A stretch of DNA of 64,000 nucleotides from Naegleria gruberi (Eukaryota), in the NCBI GenBank assembly GCA_000004985.1, contig GG738921.1. The stretch is one strand, 5' to 3'. Each line of letters opens with the position of its first letter. The first letter of the stretch is position 1. Position numbers and translations under genes: made by a program. Under the pieces are notes generated by a model. It had not been told where the DNA came from, made no database searches, and saw nothing but the letters and a program-made list of their open reading frames with translations. Below, in pieces: positions 34,426 to 45,840 of this stretch.

Positions 34426-36612
34426 ATGGGACAAAATCCTTCTTCACCCTCTCAGAATAATAGCAATCATCTCGTTGCTCATAATCATCATCATCATCAA
34501 CAGCAGCAACAACAACCCCATCATCATCACCATCATCAACATCAACAGTGTGATGTCTTACCGAATTCAACTCATCTAATAGCAGACATTTCAGAGGAAG
34601 AACTTACAACAGATTCAACCTCGGCAACAACACCAACATCATCAACCATGACAGCTTCTCTCTCATCAAATCTTATATCGAGGAGAAGATCCTCTCTCCC
34701 CCATAAATTGAATGACCATAGTACAATGAGTGGAGAACATGATGAAACGAAACGATCCCTTGGTAAAGTATTCAAAAGTGCCACACATTTAAACGCTCAT
34801 GAAGATATTGAGAATTATTCATTGGGAAAACAATTGTGGGAGGTTGAAAAAGCAAGTAATAGTTGTAGTAGTGATGAGAGTCAGCAGCAGCAGCAGCAAC
34901 AAGACTCCCATCACGAGAGTCCAGCAATGATAATATGCCAGACTCCAAGAAATACGAAAATTTAAATATCAAATCGAAACGAAACAATACTCTACCACTA
35001 ACAATAACTGCTAAGGAGAATGAATCACCAGTTCATCGCTCGAATACTCATCCTCATCTTTCCTCTCGCAATTTTCAAGATCACCAACAACAACCTGTAA
35101 CATATTCCAATAATCTCAATACTCCAAATTCTGCCACCTACAAAACTTCCCAGAAATTAATCAAACTAAAGCCATTTTCTACACCAGATTTGAAAAGGAG
35201 TGCACTTTTAAATAGTAGGAACAATCAAGAGGAAGTAAGTGTATTTAATTTGATTTCTAATAGTTTCGAATAATTTCGAATAGATGAATGGAGTAGATAC
35301 AGATACTTTAACACCTACAGTGAGTGACGATATTTCATTTAATTCATCATCTGTCTATTCTCCACCACAACATGCCAATTCTTTCAGAAATAGTGTCCTC
35401 TCAACAACAAGTAGTGCCAGTGGAGGATCCAACAATAATCACAATAATAGTCTCATCAATTCTCTTTTCCCATCTCTTCCGGTTGACAGGACTAAAATGA
35501 CTGATGAGGAATTTACTGTCTACAAGGAGGTTGTCAGTAAACCAGTTTATGAAAAAATTCTGAAAAGTAAACCTCTGACAGCTAAATGTGGATTCAATGA
35601 AGAGTATATGAAAGAGTTTGCTTTTGAACTTTCTGATGAGGAAGAATTGAAAAATACCTATCTCACAACAGACTGGGTTGAAACAGCAAAACTCCTCCAA
35701 AGAACAAGAAGTATCGACGAGACCACTCTCAATCTTGACCCAAAAACTCTACTCGAACCAATAATTAATACAGTTTCTAAACGTGATTCTCTCTCCTCTA
35801 TTGAAGAGGAAGTGAAGAAAATTGTAATGGAAGAACAAGAGGTTCTCAAACAAGAAATCAAAATCAAGCTAATAATTACTGAAATTGCAAATGCACCTAC
35901 AAAAACTCTGAGACAATTTCTTTCTCCTGTTTTGCACAAGATGAATGTTCTACCAGAGATTGGTTGGTTTCACTCTGCTATTCTCGTAGGGAAGTGGAGA
36001 CTTGACTTTAATGATAGTAGTGTAGTAATACCGAGAAAGCTTGTTAGTCAGGCTGCTGTTATTACTACAGACATTGAAACAATTAGTACATTGGAGGATC
36101 TCAATAGAGTGATTGATGGCATGTCGAGATGCATTTGTAAATGGAATAGAAATATAACGTATAAACAAACTGGAGGAGATAGAATTAACACAGGGAACTG
36201 TCAGGATTTTGTGGAAGATTTGTTGGATAGTATTGGAGTTAAAATGAATCTTTCTGGAAGTATGAAGAAATTTGTAAAACGTTTGAGAAAGACAGGAAAG
36301 TGTTCCCTTGTCTTTGAAATGGATAAGAGATTCAGAGAATATTTTGGAATGGAATCTAAACGGGTGAAGTTCAAATCACACGAACAATTAGATTTGTTTG
36401 TGAGAAAATTACTTGACAAGTGTCCAAATTTTGCTCAAGAATTCAATGATGAATGGATACTCTTACAAAGTTTTGATAGAACCTACTGGTTGAAACACAT
36501 TACGTACACTCACATTGAAGAGTATAAACCATGCAAGGTCATTAGAGATAATAAGGGAGTTTCCGATTGTCCATTTCACGAACCCGAGTTCACTAACTTG
36601 CTTAAAGACTAG
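34426..36612 (+). CDS. Protein with an N-terminal MGQNPSS start (a possible N-myristoylation signal) and a C-terminal LRAT/H-REV107-like (NlpC/P60 superfamily) domain. It has one clear intron at 35235..35283 and one unresolved frame discontinuity near 34930.
   Basis: It reads MGQNPSSPSQ...HNHHHHQQQQQQPHHHHHHQHQQ, joins ...NNQEE|gtaagt..cgaatag|MNGVDTD, and carries the C-terminal H-box WFHSAILVGKW and NCEHF-like box GNCQDFVEDLL. Confidence 0.5.
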
Positions 36613-36753
36613 GCTTTGATATTTGAATCAATTTTGTAAGAAAAATTGAACAAACTCTATTGTGTTTCTTTACATAAAGAATATTAATCACGAAATACTG
36701 TTAATTATTGATCAACATTGTTAATATTATATTATTAAATAGAGAAAGAAAAA

Positions 36754-37609
36754 ATGGAACAAGACAAAACAACCAAAGACACAACAATCAACAATAACAT
36801 TGCAGAGGATGATTTTGAAGACGAGGAGATTCCTTCCGATGAATACTACGACAGAATGTATCAACAAAATGTTCATAAATATTTGAAAGAAAAGGAAGAA
36901 TTTTACAAAAAGCAACAAGACAAGTTAGCTTGTTCCGAACCACAAGAAAAAAAGATTAAAAAGTAAAGCCTTCATAGCTGCATCTCTACTATTCATCATT
37001 ATGAAGAAGGCTAATTACGGACTTGCAAAATGTGATTATACACATTGGATAATTATTTGTACCATTGATTGTGATTGCAAATTAACAGATAATCAAATTA
37101 AAACAGGCTTGGAACAATTCGAGAAAATTTCGATTAGTAAATGTAAAGACATTCCAATGCAAAACGGAAGGAGAAGAATTTTGCTAGATCTTGCCACAGA
37201 ACAGAATTATTATTACTTTTTAAACTTATTTACAAGGAAAAGTAATTTTAGCATGCAAGGCCTAACAATTTATTTGAGTGGACAAGGAATTGCAGACGAT
37301 ACCAATCAAGTTAAAAACCTAGTTGCCTATCTCAAAGGTAAATTGGCAACACTAAAGAGATATCAAGATAATTTTGATTTAGTTGTTTCAGAGCAGAATG
37401 ATGATTGGCAAAATAAGAAGGAAGAAAACAACATTGACGAATTTACTGAACTCTATGAAACTTTGAAAAGCTCTAACTCAAACTATGAATCCAATCTCAA
37501 GAAGGAGGTAAATACACTTCTCCACTCAATGTATCCCTCTGCTTTCACTCCTAACTCAACCACAACTCAAATAACCTGTCTCAAAACTGGAATAACACGA
37601 AAATTCTAA
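36754..37609 (+). CDS. Hypothetical protein. ORF 36754-36966 (acidic, 70 aa) may join ORF 37001-37609 through a possible 44-nt intron 36964..37007 (AAG|gtaaag...atgaag|AAGGCT).
   Basis: Both ORFs have coding-like composition and the junction is in frame. No conserved domain was recognised. Confidence 0.3.
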
Positions 37610-37915
37610 ATGCCTCAAACTCACTCCCATCCACCTTCCACCTCAATAAGTTAAATTATTCTCAACATTAAAGAGATAATTGTAGAATTATTGCTAATCA
37701 CGTTATCGGAAAAATCAACAATTAAAATTTTATTTTAAAAAAACGAAAAAATTGTTGTCCAATAATTTGATTGGTGCGTTGCAAAGACATAACATTACAC
37801 GTAATCACCACATCATCATCATTTGTTTTTCGTTCAAACCAACGAATCTATTTTAAATTGGATTGATTTGTGGACAATCAACAATTATCTTCATCATCAT
37901 TAATTTATTCGGAAA

Positions 37916-40636
37916 ATGTCGAAAAATCCTTCACAACAACAACAACAACCAGAACACACAATTCAACTCAGTGATAAAGTTGATCAGGTTCTTGAGGAGG
38001 TGCTTCCACAGAGAGATCCTTTCGATTCGAGTTTCTTTGATCCTGTTCATTATATAAATCTTCGTTTCCCTAACGAACAAGCCTTGAATGAAGGTCTTGA
38101 ATCATCCATCATAAAAGTCAAGAAGAAGATTCAACGTGTCGATGAAGATATCCTTGTTGCTGTTCGTAAACAAAGCTCTTCTGGTGTTCAGGCAAGGAGA
38201 GACTTGGAGGAAGCAAGAGAAACCATTCAAAGTTTGTTTAAAAAGATTAACGAAATTAAGTCTAAAGCTGAACAATCCGAACAAATGGTACAAAACATCA
38301 CAAAGGATATTAAATCACTTGACTATGGTAAGAGAAATCTTACTGTTACAATGACTACATTGAAGAGACTTCACATGTTGGTGTCGGCTGTGGATAAGTT
38401 AACACTCTACACACAAAAGAAACAATACAAACAAGTTGCGGAATTATTGGAAGCTGTCAATGAGTTGTTGGCTAATTTTGAAAAGTACAAATCTAGCATT
38501 CCTAAAGTTCAAAATTTATTTATGAGATTTGAAAGTGTTAAAAAGTCACTTCGTGATCAATTGTTCCAAGATTTTAAGAGTTTGGACGCTCACAAAAATT
38601 CAGGTAGAGAAAACGTACAACAACTGTTATCAGAGGCTTGTTTGGCTGTGGATGCTCTTGGAGATTCTATTAGAACTGAACTTATTTCTCAATTTGTTAA
38701 AAATAGAGCATTGCATGTCTATGATATGACATTCAGAGAAGGAAAAGAAGAAAGTAAATTGGAAAGAATTGCAGACAGATACAAATGGCTCATGAAAGTT
38801 TTGAAATCCTATCAAGAACAATTTGGAGATATCTTCCCTAGTTTTTGGTCAGTTCCACAAGAAATTACTGTTGAATTCAGTTTAATGACTAGACAAGCTA
38901 TTGTTCAAATGCTCCAAAGAGGAAACAATGTTTCTGGTAAAACTTTATATACAGTAATCTTGTCAACAATCAAGTTTGAACGTGACATGCAAGAGAGATT
39001 TTATGATCCAGACGAATCTGAAATTTTGGTAGATCTTCAACAACAAAAGAGACAACTTGATCAAGAAGAAAAGCTCTTAAAAGAGGCAGGTCAAAAATTA
39101 CAAGAGGGTAGTCCTGAAGCCAATGACAATCTGAAAAAACAATTCAAGATTATGATCAAACGTAGAGAACTTGAAAAGGTTGAAAATGATATTACTAAAA
39201 CATCAACTCTTGATTCCTTATTGAAAGAGGGTGATGGATCAGCTAGTGGCATTAAAGAAGTTGAAAAGGCAAAGAAGAAACCAAAGAATAAGTATAACTT
39301 TATTGGTTTTATTAGTAGTTGTTTCGAGGAACATATGAGTGTATATATTGAATATGAAGAAGAGTCAATGAGAGAAACTCTTTCAAATATTATCCAAAAA
39401 GAAACTTGGGACATGAACAGCGAATACAGCAGTAGTCAAGATTTGTTCATGTACATTGTGGAATCTATGAAGTCATGCAGTGCTTTATCTAAAAAGAAGA
39501 CCCTCTATGACTTGGTTGAGAAGGTATTCAAAAAGTATCTTGCTGAGTATGCTGGCATTCTTACTAACAAATTACCAAAAATTCAATCTATTGCTTCTTT
39601 AAATTCCAACGCTCCAAATAATGCTGCATCAGGAAATTCTAGTGTTTCGTCACCTGTTGCTGGTGGTTCTGGTGCCTCCTCATTCATTCGTAGTTTGGGT
39701 ATGTCAAATATTTTACCAACAGAAACCTTCTCCGATAAGAAGATTAAGCTTACTGATAGAGAAGAAATGGTTGTATTTTACATTATTAATAGTGCTGACT
39801 ACTGTCAACAAAACATTGAAATGGTACAAGATGAATTGAAAGAAACTCTTCAAGAACCATATTGTGACCAAGTTGACCTTTCTGAAGAACAAGGTCAATT
39901 CTACCATGTTTTGAAGAGTGGTATTGAGGTTCTTGTACATAACTTGATGAATGTCATGGAAAAACAATTTTCTGAAATGATTTCTGTTGCATGGGGTAGT
40001 ATGGATACTGTCGGAGATCAATCTCCTTTCATTTCTGTTATCATGCAAACTCTCAAAGATGCTATACCATTCTTGGCTAAGGCACTTCCTATTACTCACT
40101 TTAAATTCTTCTGTGACAATTTTGTATTGTCATTTATGGCAAACTATATCAACAATATTTACAAGTGTAAGAAGATTTCACTAATGGGAGCTCAACAATT
40201 GTTGGTCAACTCTAGGTCACTTGTAAAATATAGTATTAGAGAATTAATTAATTTGGGTGATAATACAAGATTTGATGAGGATGATTTGGCAAGTTTTGCA
40301 AGGAAAGTTGATGGAAAGGCCCAAAAAATTGAATGTATTTTACGTACCTTATCTGCTCCAAATGATTTGATTGCTGAGACTTATATTAGTCTTGCTCCAA
40401 ACGACCATTCTTTACCTGAACTCACAAAGATTTTGGAATTGAAAGAATTACAAAAGAATGAAAAACAACAAATTCTTGAAGGTTATCAAAAAGAATTAAG
40501 GAAGAGACAAGGTGGAGATGCCAAAGATGCACCTCAAGCTAGTGCTATTGGTACAGCAACAAAGAAAATGGAACAAGCAACAAGTGCTATCATGACTTCA
40601 AGTAAGAGCTTTATCAAAAAGTTTACTAAGGATTAA
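37916..40636 (+). CDS. vps53: Vps53 subunit of the GARP tethering complex (906 aa, single exon).
   Basis: The N-terminus FDPVHYINLRFPNEQALNEGLESSIIKVKKKIQRVDEDILVAVRKQ...IKSKAEQSEQMVQNITKDIKSLDYGKRNLTVTMTTLKRLHMLV is collinear with Vps53 family N-termini. Confidence 0.75.
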   Translation: MSKNPSQQQQQPEHTIQLSDKVDQVLEEVLPQRDPFDSSFFDPVHYINLRFPNEQALNEGLESSIIKVKKKIQRVDEDILVAVRKQSSSGVQARRDLEEARETIQSLFKKINEIKSKAEQSEQMVQNITKDIKSLDYGKRNLTVTMTTLKRLHMLVSAVDKLTLYTQKKQYKQVAELLEAVNELLANFEKYKSSIPKVQNLFMRFESVKKSLRDQLFQDFKSLDAHKNSGRENVQQLLSEACLAVDALGDSIRTELISQFVKNRALHVYDMTFREGKEESKLERIADRYKWLMKVLKSYQEQFGDIFPSFWSVPQEITVEFSLMTRQAIVQMLQRGNNVSGKTLYTVILSTIKFERDMQERFYDPDESEILVDLQQQKRQLDQEEKLLKEAGQKLQEGSPEANDNLKKQFKIMIKRRELEKVENDITKTSTLDSLLKEGDGSASGIKEVEKAKKKPKNKYNFIGFISSCFEEHMSVYIEYEEESMRETLSNIIQKETWDMNSEYSSSQDLFMYIVESMKSCSALSKKKTLYDLVEKVFKKYLAEYAGILTNKLPKIQSIASLNSNAPNNAASGNSSVSSPVAGGSGASSFIRSLGMSNILPTETFSDKKIKLTDREEMVVFYIINSADYCQQNIEMVQDELKETLQEPYCDQVDLSEEQGQFYHVLKSGIEVLVHNLMNVMEKQFSEMISVAWGSMDTVGDQSPFISVIMQTLKDAIPFLAKALPITHFKFFCDNFVLSFMANYINNIYKCKKISLMGAQQLLVNSRSLVKYSIRELINLGDNTRFDEDDLASFARKVDGKAQKIECILRTLSAPNDLIAETYISLAPNDHSLPELTKILELKELQKNEKQQILEGYQKELRKRQGGDAKDAPQASAIGTATKKMEQATSAIMTSSKSFIKKFTKD

Positions 40637-40667
40637 ACGTTTCTGTTAATATTATATTACAATTTCT

Positions 40668-41761
40668 CTATTTGTTTAACCAAGCATGTGGAGGTATTTT
40701 TCCTGATTCACGAGCATTCACATAGAGTTCCCAAGCTTTTTCAGGATTATAGTTGGCCTCTGATAGACAAATAACAGTAAACTCTCTCGTGAGACCAGAT
40801 AAGGATGAAAACTTTTGTATCAGTTCCTCTTCTGGAGAAATGTTATGGTGTTGATGATTCTGGTGGTGAATCGATGGCTGTTGTTGTGGCTGTGGACTGG
40901 AATAATCTGAATCATGATAATTCTTAGATGAATAGATACTGTTAAGGCGTTCTTCTGCCTCTTTGGATGAAAAACTTAGGTTAGAATTGTTATACGAACT
41001 ATTATACGAAATATTCGAATTATAGTATTCCTCTTCTTCCTCTTGTTCCTCTTCATGATATTCAGGTGAAGAATGTGAAACATTTTTGGAACTGCTACTA
41101 CTAGAAGGTTTAGAAGACTTAGCATGTTTTTCCTCCTGCTTTTTCTTGGATTCTCTTTTCACTTCATTTGCAAGATATAGCAATACATAATTCCTCATCT
41201 TGTCAACTTCCTCCCATTCATGACTCTTCTCTGGAATTAATTCCAATAACCTCTGAATACTATCAATATATCGATACGTATCCCTCAAAGTAAAATGATT
41301 TTGATGAGCCCACTTATTTCTACAATTCCTAGCTTCAAATAATAAATTCCTATCCGTATTAGTCAACCATCTATTTCCCGCAGCAAACGCATCATTCCAA
41401 TGTCGTTGTATAACTCCAATAATATTCTGTGTATCCCAAGCACTTGATGCTGATAAATTAACATTAAATCTCGGAGCAGATGAAGATGATCCTCTTCCAA
41501 ATGTTGTAGCACTCATATAATCACCTCCCTGATCTTGATTACTTGCTGCTTTTTCTACAATTTCCTTCCAGCCTTCTCCATACTCTTCGGACAAGGCTGT
41601 TTTCACCAGAGGTTCATAAATTCTATTAAAATACTTTAAACACCTTCCGATAATATCGTGAATCTAAAATGTAACTTCCGTTTTGATCAAAAAGAGTCTT
41701 TAATATTACATCATACCTTTTGTTGATCGAGAGTTTCATCCTTCTTGTCGTGTTTTCCCAT
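40668..41761 (-). CDS. Small protein with a HEPN/KEN-like RNxxxH motif region and a C-terminal TAP-C (NXF-type UBA-like) domain: complement(join(40668..about 41663,about 41717..41761)).
   Basis: Exon 1 MGKHDKKDETLDQQK|gtatga has a 53-nt intron ending cattttag. The body carries ...NLLFEARNCRNKWAHQNHFTL.... The C-terminal EELIQKFSSLSGLTREFTVICLSEANYNPEKAWELYVNARESGKIPPHAWLNK* closely parallels the NXF1 TAP-C tail (FS..SGM..EWS.KCL..N.W......F.....G.IP..AF.K*). Confidence 0.55.
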
Positions 41762-41834
41762 TTTTTTTAAAAATTTAAATTTAAAAATAGTATTTTAACT
41801 ATTTAATAATTATTGAAAAGATTACAATATTAAA

Positions 41835-44125
41835 TCAATAAAAAAAAAATTCTAATACTGTTTCACCATATTCGTTAAGCATTTCCAATTTAAAATCAGA
41901 ATCATTCTTTAACAAATCATCTGCAAAATATAATGCATACTCATCATATTGAGCTACCTCTTTCATGAATGACTTGTCTATTTTGAATGACACATCAATA
42001 TATTCCAATACTAAAACGTTTTGAATGACTGCTTCAATTACAATTTCCTTATCCATCTGTAATGATGAATCAAGAGAAAATAATACGAATCCATCATTTT
42101 GCAATGCAATCTTTACAATTTCTCTATCTTTTTGGAATTTTGGATCAACGTATTCCAATGCTGCTCCATCAATTTCAACCAATTGTAAAACAAAATCTCT
42201 ATCTTTCTTCCAAGATTCGTCTACATATGTCAATGCATGCACATTATTGCCTACTGCTGCTTTGATAATGTCTGGATCATTTTTGAAATCTTCACTCACA
42301 TATTCCAATGCTGTTCCCTTCTGTTTAACTGTTTCTAAAATGAATTTCTTATCATTCCTTATTAATTCATCGGCTTGTTGAATAGATGGTCGAAACTTCT
42401 TAATAACCTCTAATACAAGCTCCTTATCATTTTTATAATAATTTGGAGCTCTTGGTAAGATGGAAGCAGAATATAACTCCTCAATAAAATCATTCTGTGC
42501 AAACTCATTGATTGACTTCACTAGTGTATCTCTTGAAGTTTCGAATATTTCCTCAATGTTTTCAGTGAAATCGTTCTCACAGAAATCTAGATTGGATAGT
42601 GCTATTTGAAGAGCTTCCTCAACATGACTAAATTGTTTCATGATAAATTCTCTATTCCTTATTTTTTTCAATTCAATTCCTAGTTGTTCAATAACTTTTA
42701 AATTATTTTCAATATCATTCTTCAAAGATTCAACACAAGCCTGAAGCGATAATTTAAATCTTTCAACTGTCAATTGAATAATTTGTTCATCATGTTTAAG
42801 AGATGAATCTATTTCGAAATAGGCATTAGCATTCTGTTGAATAGCTGTTTCGATTATTTCTCTATCCTTCTTAAATGTAGCATTATTAACATAGGCAAGA
42901 GACGTTCCATCCTCTCTGACTGCTTCTAATACTATTTCTCTATCTATTTCATTAATATATTTCAATAAATATCCTTTCCTGTTAACAACTTGCATTATGA
43001 ATTGTCTATCCATTCTCAACAATTCATTATTTTCAAATGGATTGCATTTAAAATAAACATCACTAAATGAAAGGCATGCCAATATAATATCTCTATTATG
43101 AGTAAAATTATCATTAATACCTATTGGATATGATTTAAAAAAATCTGATGATAATCCATTTGTCTTGAATATTCTACTCAATATTTCACTTGCATTTGGC
43201 CTCATTTCATAATCGTCATTCAACATGGAAATTAGGATTTTGAAAAATTCAGTCCAACCTTCAATATCATCATCCAAATTAGCTTCCTTAATTATTTGTG
43301 AAATATTATTATTTTCCATGTGAATGATTAAATATTGATATATATCATCTAAATGATGTTGAATATCTAGGGATTCATTTTTTGGAAATATTACATTTAA
43401 TAATGATCTACCTAAACTCCAAATATCACTCCTGAAAGATATTAAACCTTGATTTAGGCATTCAGGTGCAATAAATCCAAAAGTCCCACATATGAAAGAA
43501 GAGGAAGAAGAACTCTCTGATAAATTTGATGGGTTTGAATCAACATCTTGAACTTTTGTAACAGTGACACCAATTCTATCAGAAGGTATTGGACATGCAT
43601 TCTCTCTAACACTTCCCAAATCTCCAATAATTGTCTCTATATGGAGAATATTATCCTCTTTTTTGGTAATTATTGTTTCTTGGAGGAATAAATTGTCTGG
43701 TTTGATATCACAATGAATTAAATTGTTATCATGAAGAGATTTTAGTCCATGACTGGTTTTAATTAGAATTTGAAGTAAATTTCCCAAATAGAGTTTAGGT
43801 TTCAAATTTCTATAATTAGACAAATTAATACCTCTATATTTGGAAATAATAATAGCTTCATTTCCATTCTTTTCAGTGATTTCATAAGTTAATATATTTG
43901 CATTGTGCATTTGTTTAGCTTTCATATTATGTTCAATTTCTCCATAATTATAAATTTAATTTTAACAACATAATGACCATTTAAATTTACATCGGTTCCA
44001 ATATATTTAGATTTGAATACAATAATACCGTCATTTCTTGCAAGTTTTAATGGTTCTTCAATTTGTAGTGCCAAGTGTTGGATGGTGATCTCCGATTTTG
44101 TGTGAATGGTTGAAATTAAACTCAT
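41835..44125 (-). CDS. Protein kinase (N-terminal catalytic domain) followed by at least eight DUF4116 repeats. There is a frame break in the alpha-C region near 43925-43990.
   Basis: Kinase motifs are GIIVFKSKYIG...HYVVKIK, LIHCDIKPDNLFL, IGDLGS, ICGTFGFIAPE and DIWSLGRSLL. Repeats match the DUF4116 pattern, for example FKNDPDIIKAAVGNNVHALTYVDESWKKDRDFVLQLVEIDGAALEYVDPKFQKDREIVKIAL. Confidence 0.65.
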
Positions 44126-44272
44126 TTCCTCCTCTTATTTTTTTTTAAAGTAATTTTAATTTTTGTAATTCCAAAACGTGATTTAGTTTACGACTATTCG
44201 AAAGATTACAAAATTTACTTCATGAGATTAAAAACAATATATAAATGAGAATTTGTGAAAATTAAGGTTATT

Positions 44273-45346
44273 TTAATTTAAGGTTGTGTATTGTTTCTTA
44301 CGATAAAACATGTAAAGTAATCCAATAATTGAGACAGAGAAACAAATAATCACGAAAAGACCACCTATGGTTGCTCCAACGATAATTCCAATATCTGAAC
44401 TGTCATCCTTTTTTGGATTAAATGGAGAAGGTGATTGACCATTGACAGTAAAATTTTGAGCATTTGAAACAGAGAATTCAGTACATGCAGAATTTCTGTT
44501 CAATTTTCCAAATAAGATATTCTTCAATTTTTGATCATTGCACAAATTGCACTTGTCATTAGAATTGACACATGACTTGACATTTGAATTAATAAGGGAA
44601 TAGTTTGAGAAAATTTCAAATTCACCAATAACTAGGGACTGAGAACCATTACACAAAGGTCCTTCAATAGTTTCAATCATCATTTCAAAATTTCCCAATT
44701 TAAATCTCGAAAGTGTTTTCGTCTCTGAAAATTTAACATAAAATTTGTGTTGCATGTCTTCAGTGACGAACCAATCCTTCTTTTCTACAAATTCATCACA
44801 GAAAGTAGTAGGATATCTTTCACTTTGTTCAAATTCTAATTCAATAAATGAATTCTTCAAGGTTAATTGAGTGCAATTGTTAGTCAATTGAGTTTGATAA
44901 GCATTTTGAGATGTTCCCGCTGTTCTGAAGAATTTTTGCCACTTTGAGCAAGCCATGGCTCTGTTGGACTCATCTGTGGAGGAAAACTTGCCAAAATATT
45001 CATAACATGGAGTAAGTGATGCACTGCCCAATCTAATACTTTCGTCGAAAATAGTATAGCTAACTGAGAACTCAATCACAAGATCTCTTGTATTTCCTTC
45101 ATAATTAAAATCAACAACTTGTACATGTGCATACTGTTCACTGAAAAACATGTGCATTTGATTGAAATTGCTAGGATTGGTCGAGTATTTAAAACCGTTC
45201 ATGGTTGTTGTGAAATTCTTTCCAATTAAAAAATCTCTTGTGATGCTGGTTGGACATTCATCACACAAGATGACATTCAATAGACAACAACAGGATATGA
45301 CCAATAGGATGGACAACAACAGGAAGTGGAGATTGACAGTTCGCAT
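44273..45346 (-). CDS. Type I membrane glycoprotein: signal peptide, Cys- and N-glycosylation-rich ectodomain, C-terminal TM plus a short tail.
   Basis: Signal reads MRTVNLHFLLLSILLVISCCCLL. There are many NxS/T sites. TM reads IGIIVGATIGGLFVIICFSVSIIGLLYMFY, followed by RKKQYTTLN*. The true ATG is at 45346. Confidence 0.5.
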   Translation of the reverse strand: MRTVNLHFLLLSILLVISCCCLLNVILCDECPTSITRDFLIGKNFTTTMNGFKYSTNPSNFNQMHMFFSEQYAHVQVVDFNYEGNTRDLVIEFSVSYTIFDESIRLGSASLTPCYEYFGKFSSTDESNRAMACSKWQKFFRTAGTSQNAYQTQLTNNCTQLTLKNSFIELEFEQSERYPTTFCDEFVEKKDWFVTEDMQHKFYVKFSETKTLSRFKLGNFEMMIETIEGPLCNGSQSLVIGEFEIFSNYSLINSNVKSCVNSNDKCNLCNDQKLKNILFGKLNRNSACTEFSVSNAQNFTVNGQSPSPFNPKKDDSSDIGIIVGATIGGLFVIICFSVSIIGLLYMFYRKKQYTTLN

Positions 45347-45693
45347 TATTGAATTATTTTTTAACAATTTGAAATAATTTGAGATTCGATTAGAATTAAA
45401 CTATTTAAGATAATTATCTTGGTGGATGTTATATGGAGTTTTGCGCATGTGGAATTATATTGGAATCTATTTGGCATTCAAGAAAAGTGTGTAACGGAGT
45501 TAAATTACAGTGACCATACTTATTGAGTATGAGATACAATGTTCCCATAGCTGAGGATTCGTGTATTAATATATCCATTACTGTTCGTTCTTATTCTCTC
45601 ACTTCTTTTATTAATAAACTACTAGAAATGTACATTTCTATTATTGAACCGATGTGAATGAATAAACAAAGAAATATTTCATAGTGAATGTAT

Positions 45694-45765
45694 TCCCGTG
45701 TAGTCCAATGGCTAGGATACCTGGCTTTCACCCAGGAGGTCCGGGTTCAATTCCCGGCATGGGAG
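45694..45765 (+). tRNA. tRNA-Glu (anticodon UUC), 72 nt.
   Basis: Acceptor stem tcccgtg/catggga. Anticodon stem cctgg/ccagg with loop ctTTCac. T-arm ccggg-ttcaatt-cccgg. Confidence 0.8.
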
Positions 45766-45840
45766 GATAATTTTACATTTTCAAATGCGGAATAGTTTGG
45801 TTATCATCTCCGGATTTATTTCTGAAACACTGCAAAAAAA

